DNA from: Roseibacillus sp.
GTDB taxonomy: Bacteria > Verrucomicrobiota > Verrucomicrobiia > Verrucomicrobiales > Akkermansiaceae
DNA: 64,000 bases
Reading direction: 5' to 3'
Assembly: GCA_965242925.1 (NCBI GenBank)
Contig: CBDEUM010000034.1
Coordinates: 96,001-160,000 of the forward strand
The notes beneath the pieces are model-generated. The model searched no databases, was not told the origin of the DNA, and worked only from the letters and a program-made list of their open reading frames with translations. A program made the translations under genes and the position numbers. Below, in pieces: positions 63,345 to 64,000 of this stretch. Positions within the stretch are counted from its first letter, which is position 1, and every line of letters starts with the position of its first letter.

Positions 63345-64000
63345 GTGCCTCAGGTTGATAGGGAATCCAGAGTCGCTGCCCCGCCGGAGACCTGGGAGGA
63401 TCATGTTCGGCGAACCTTTCGCGCCATGGTGACGGCCCGCACCCTTGAATCTAAATTGGCCAGCCTCTACAAGGCAGGCAAGATCGTGGGGGGGGTCTAC
63501 ATTGGCCCCGGACAGGAGGCCGTGAGCGCTTCCATCGGTTCGTGCCTCACCTGGGATCACGACATCTTTGGCGCCTTGATCCGCGACCAGGGCGGACGCA
63601 CGGCCTTTGGTGAGCCAATGCTGGATGCCACCCGCTCCTATCTCGGCTCAATCAAGGGGCCGTCACGAGGCCGGGATGGAAATATTCACCGGGGACACCC
63701 GACCGAAGGTCTTCCCGCAATGATCAGTCACCTGGGTGCAATGGTCTCCGTGGTGGCCGGCATGCTGTTCGCCCGGAGAATCCAGGGCAGACTCGACGGC
63801 GTAGTGGGGGCAGCCAGCGTCGGTGACGGAGCCAGTTCCACCGGATCTTTTCACGAGGCCATGAATCTTGCCGCGGTCGAGAACCTGCCCCTGGTAGTGA
63901 TCCTGGCCAACAACCAGTTCGCTTACTCCACTCCGACCGATCGCCAATTTGCCTGCCGGTCGCTGGTCGACCGCGCCCTCGGTTACGGAATCGCGGGACA
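63345..64000 (+). CDS. TPP-dependent 2-oxoacid dehydrogenase E1 alpha subunit (partial; runs off the right end; start uncertain)
   Basis: Not in the ORF track; translated by hand: LYKAGKIVGGVYIGPGQEA, MISHLG, GDGASSTGSFHEAMNLAAV...NNQFAYS. Confidence 0.9.
   Translation, partial: MPQVDRESRVAAPPETWEDHVRRTFRAMVTARTLESKLASLYKAGKIVGGVYIGPGQEAVSASIGSCLTWDHDIFGALIRDQGGRTAFGEPMLDATRSYLGSIKGPSRGRDGNIHRGHPTEGLPAMISHLGAMVSVVAGMLFARRIQGRLDGVVGAASVGDGASSTGSFHEAMNLAAVENLPLVVILANNQFAYSTPTDRQFACRSLVDRALGYGIAG

Noticed and set aside
63488..63495. G8 tract as a phase-variation site
   Set aside because: In frame (V-G-G-V) within a housekeeping E1-alpha gene.

Overview
GC-rich bacterial DNA, most likely a Verrucomicrobiales genome or MAG (inferred from PEP-CTERM, LTD-CotH, DUF1592/DUF1552, PVC-type CxxCH and sulfatase genes). 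There are three zones. (1) 1-19.5 kb is a divergently arranged surface-protein island. One ~165-aa beta-rich domain occurs 9 times in 6 genes: two PEP-CTERM proteins, two Asp-rich TSP3-like scaffolds and two LTD-CotH kinase proteins. The island also holds a CRTAC1/ASPIC-UnbV lipoprotein gene with an in-frame TGA followed by an fdhF-like SECIS hairpin (candidate selenoprotein, U-S-C motif), plus an internally deleted paralogous remnant. (2) 19.5-47 kb holds sulfatases, an esterase, beta-propeller proteins, two DUF1592/DUF1552 pairs, a PVC heme protein and a VCBS adhesin with 948-bp tandem repeats. (3) 47-64 kb is mostly core genes: selB coupled to a divergent IF-1-like gene, tyrA-aroA-cmk-plsC, gatCA, leuB, a Ca/Na antiporter, a membrane protein with a HEPN-like motif, kamA divergent from a SufR-like regulator, a nucleotidyltransferase and a partial E1-alpha. 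Three genes carry single frameshifts that may be assembly errors. I recognised no rRNA, tRNA, CRISPR array or transposase. All family calls come from motifs read by eye; no database search was run.
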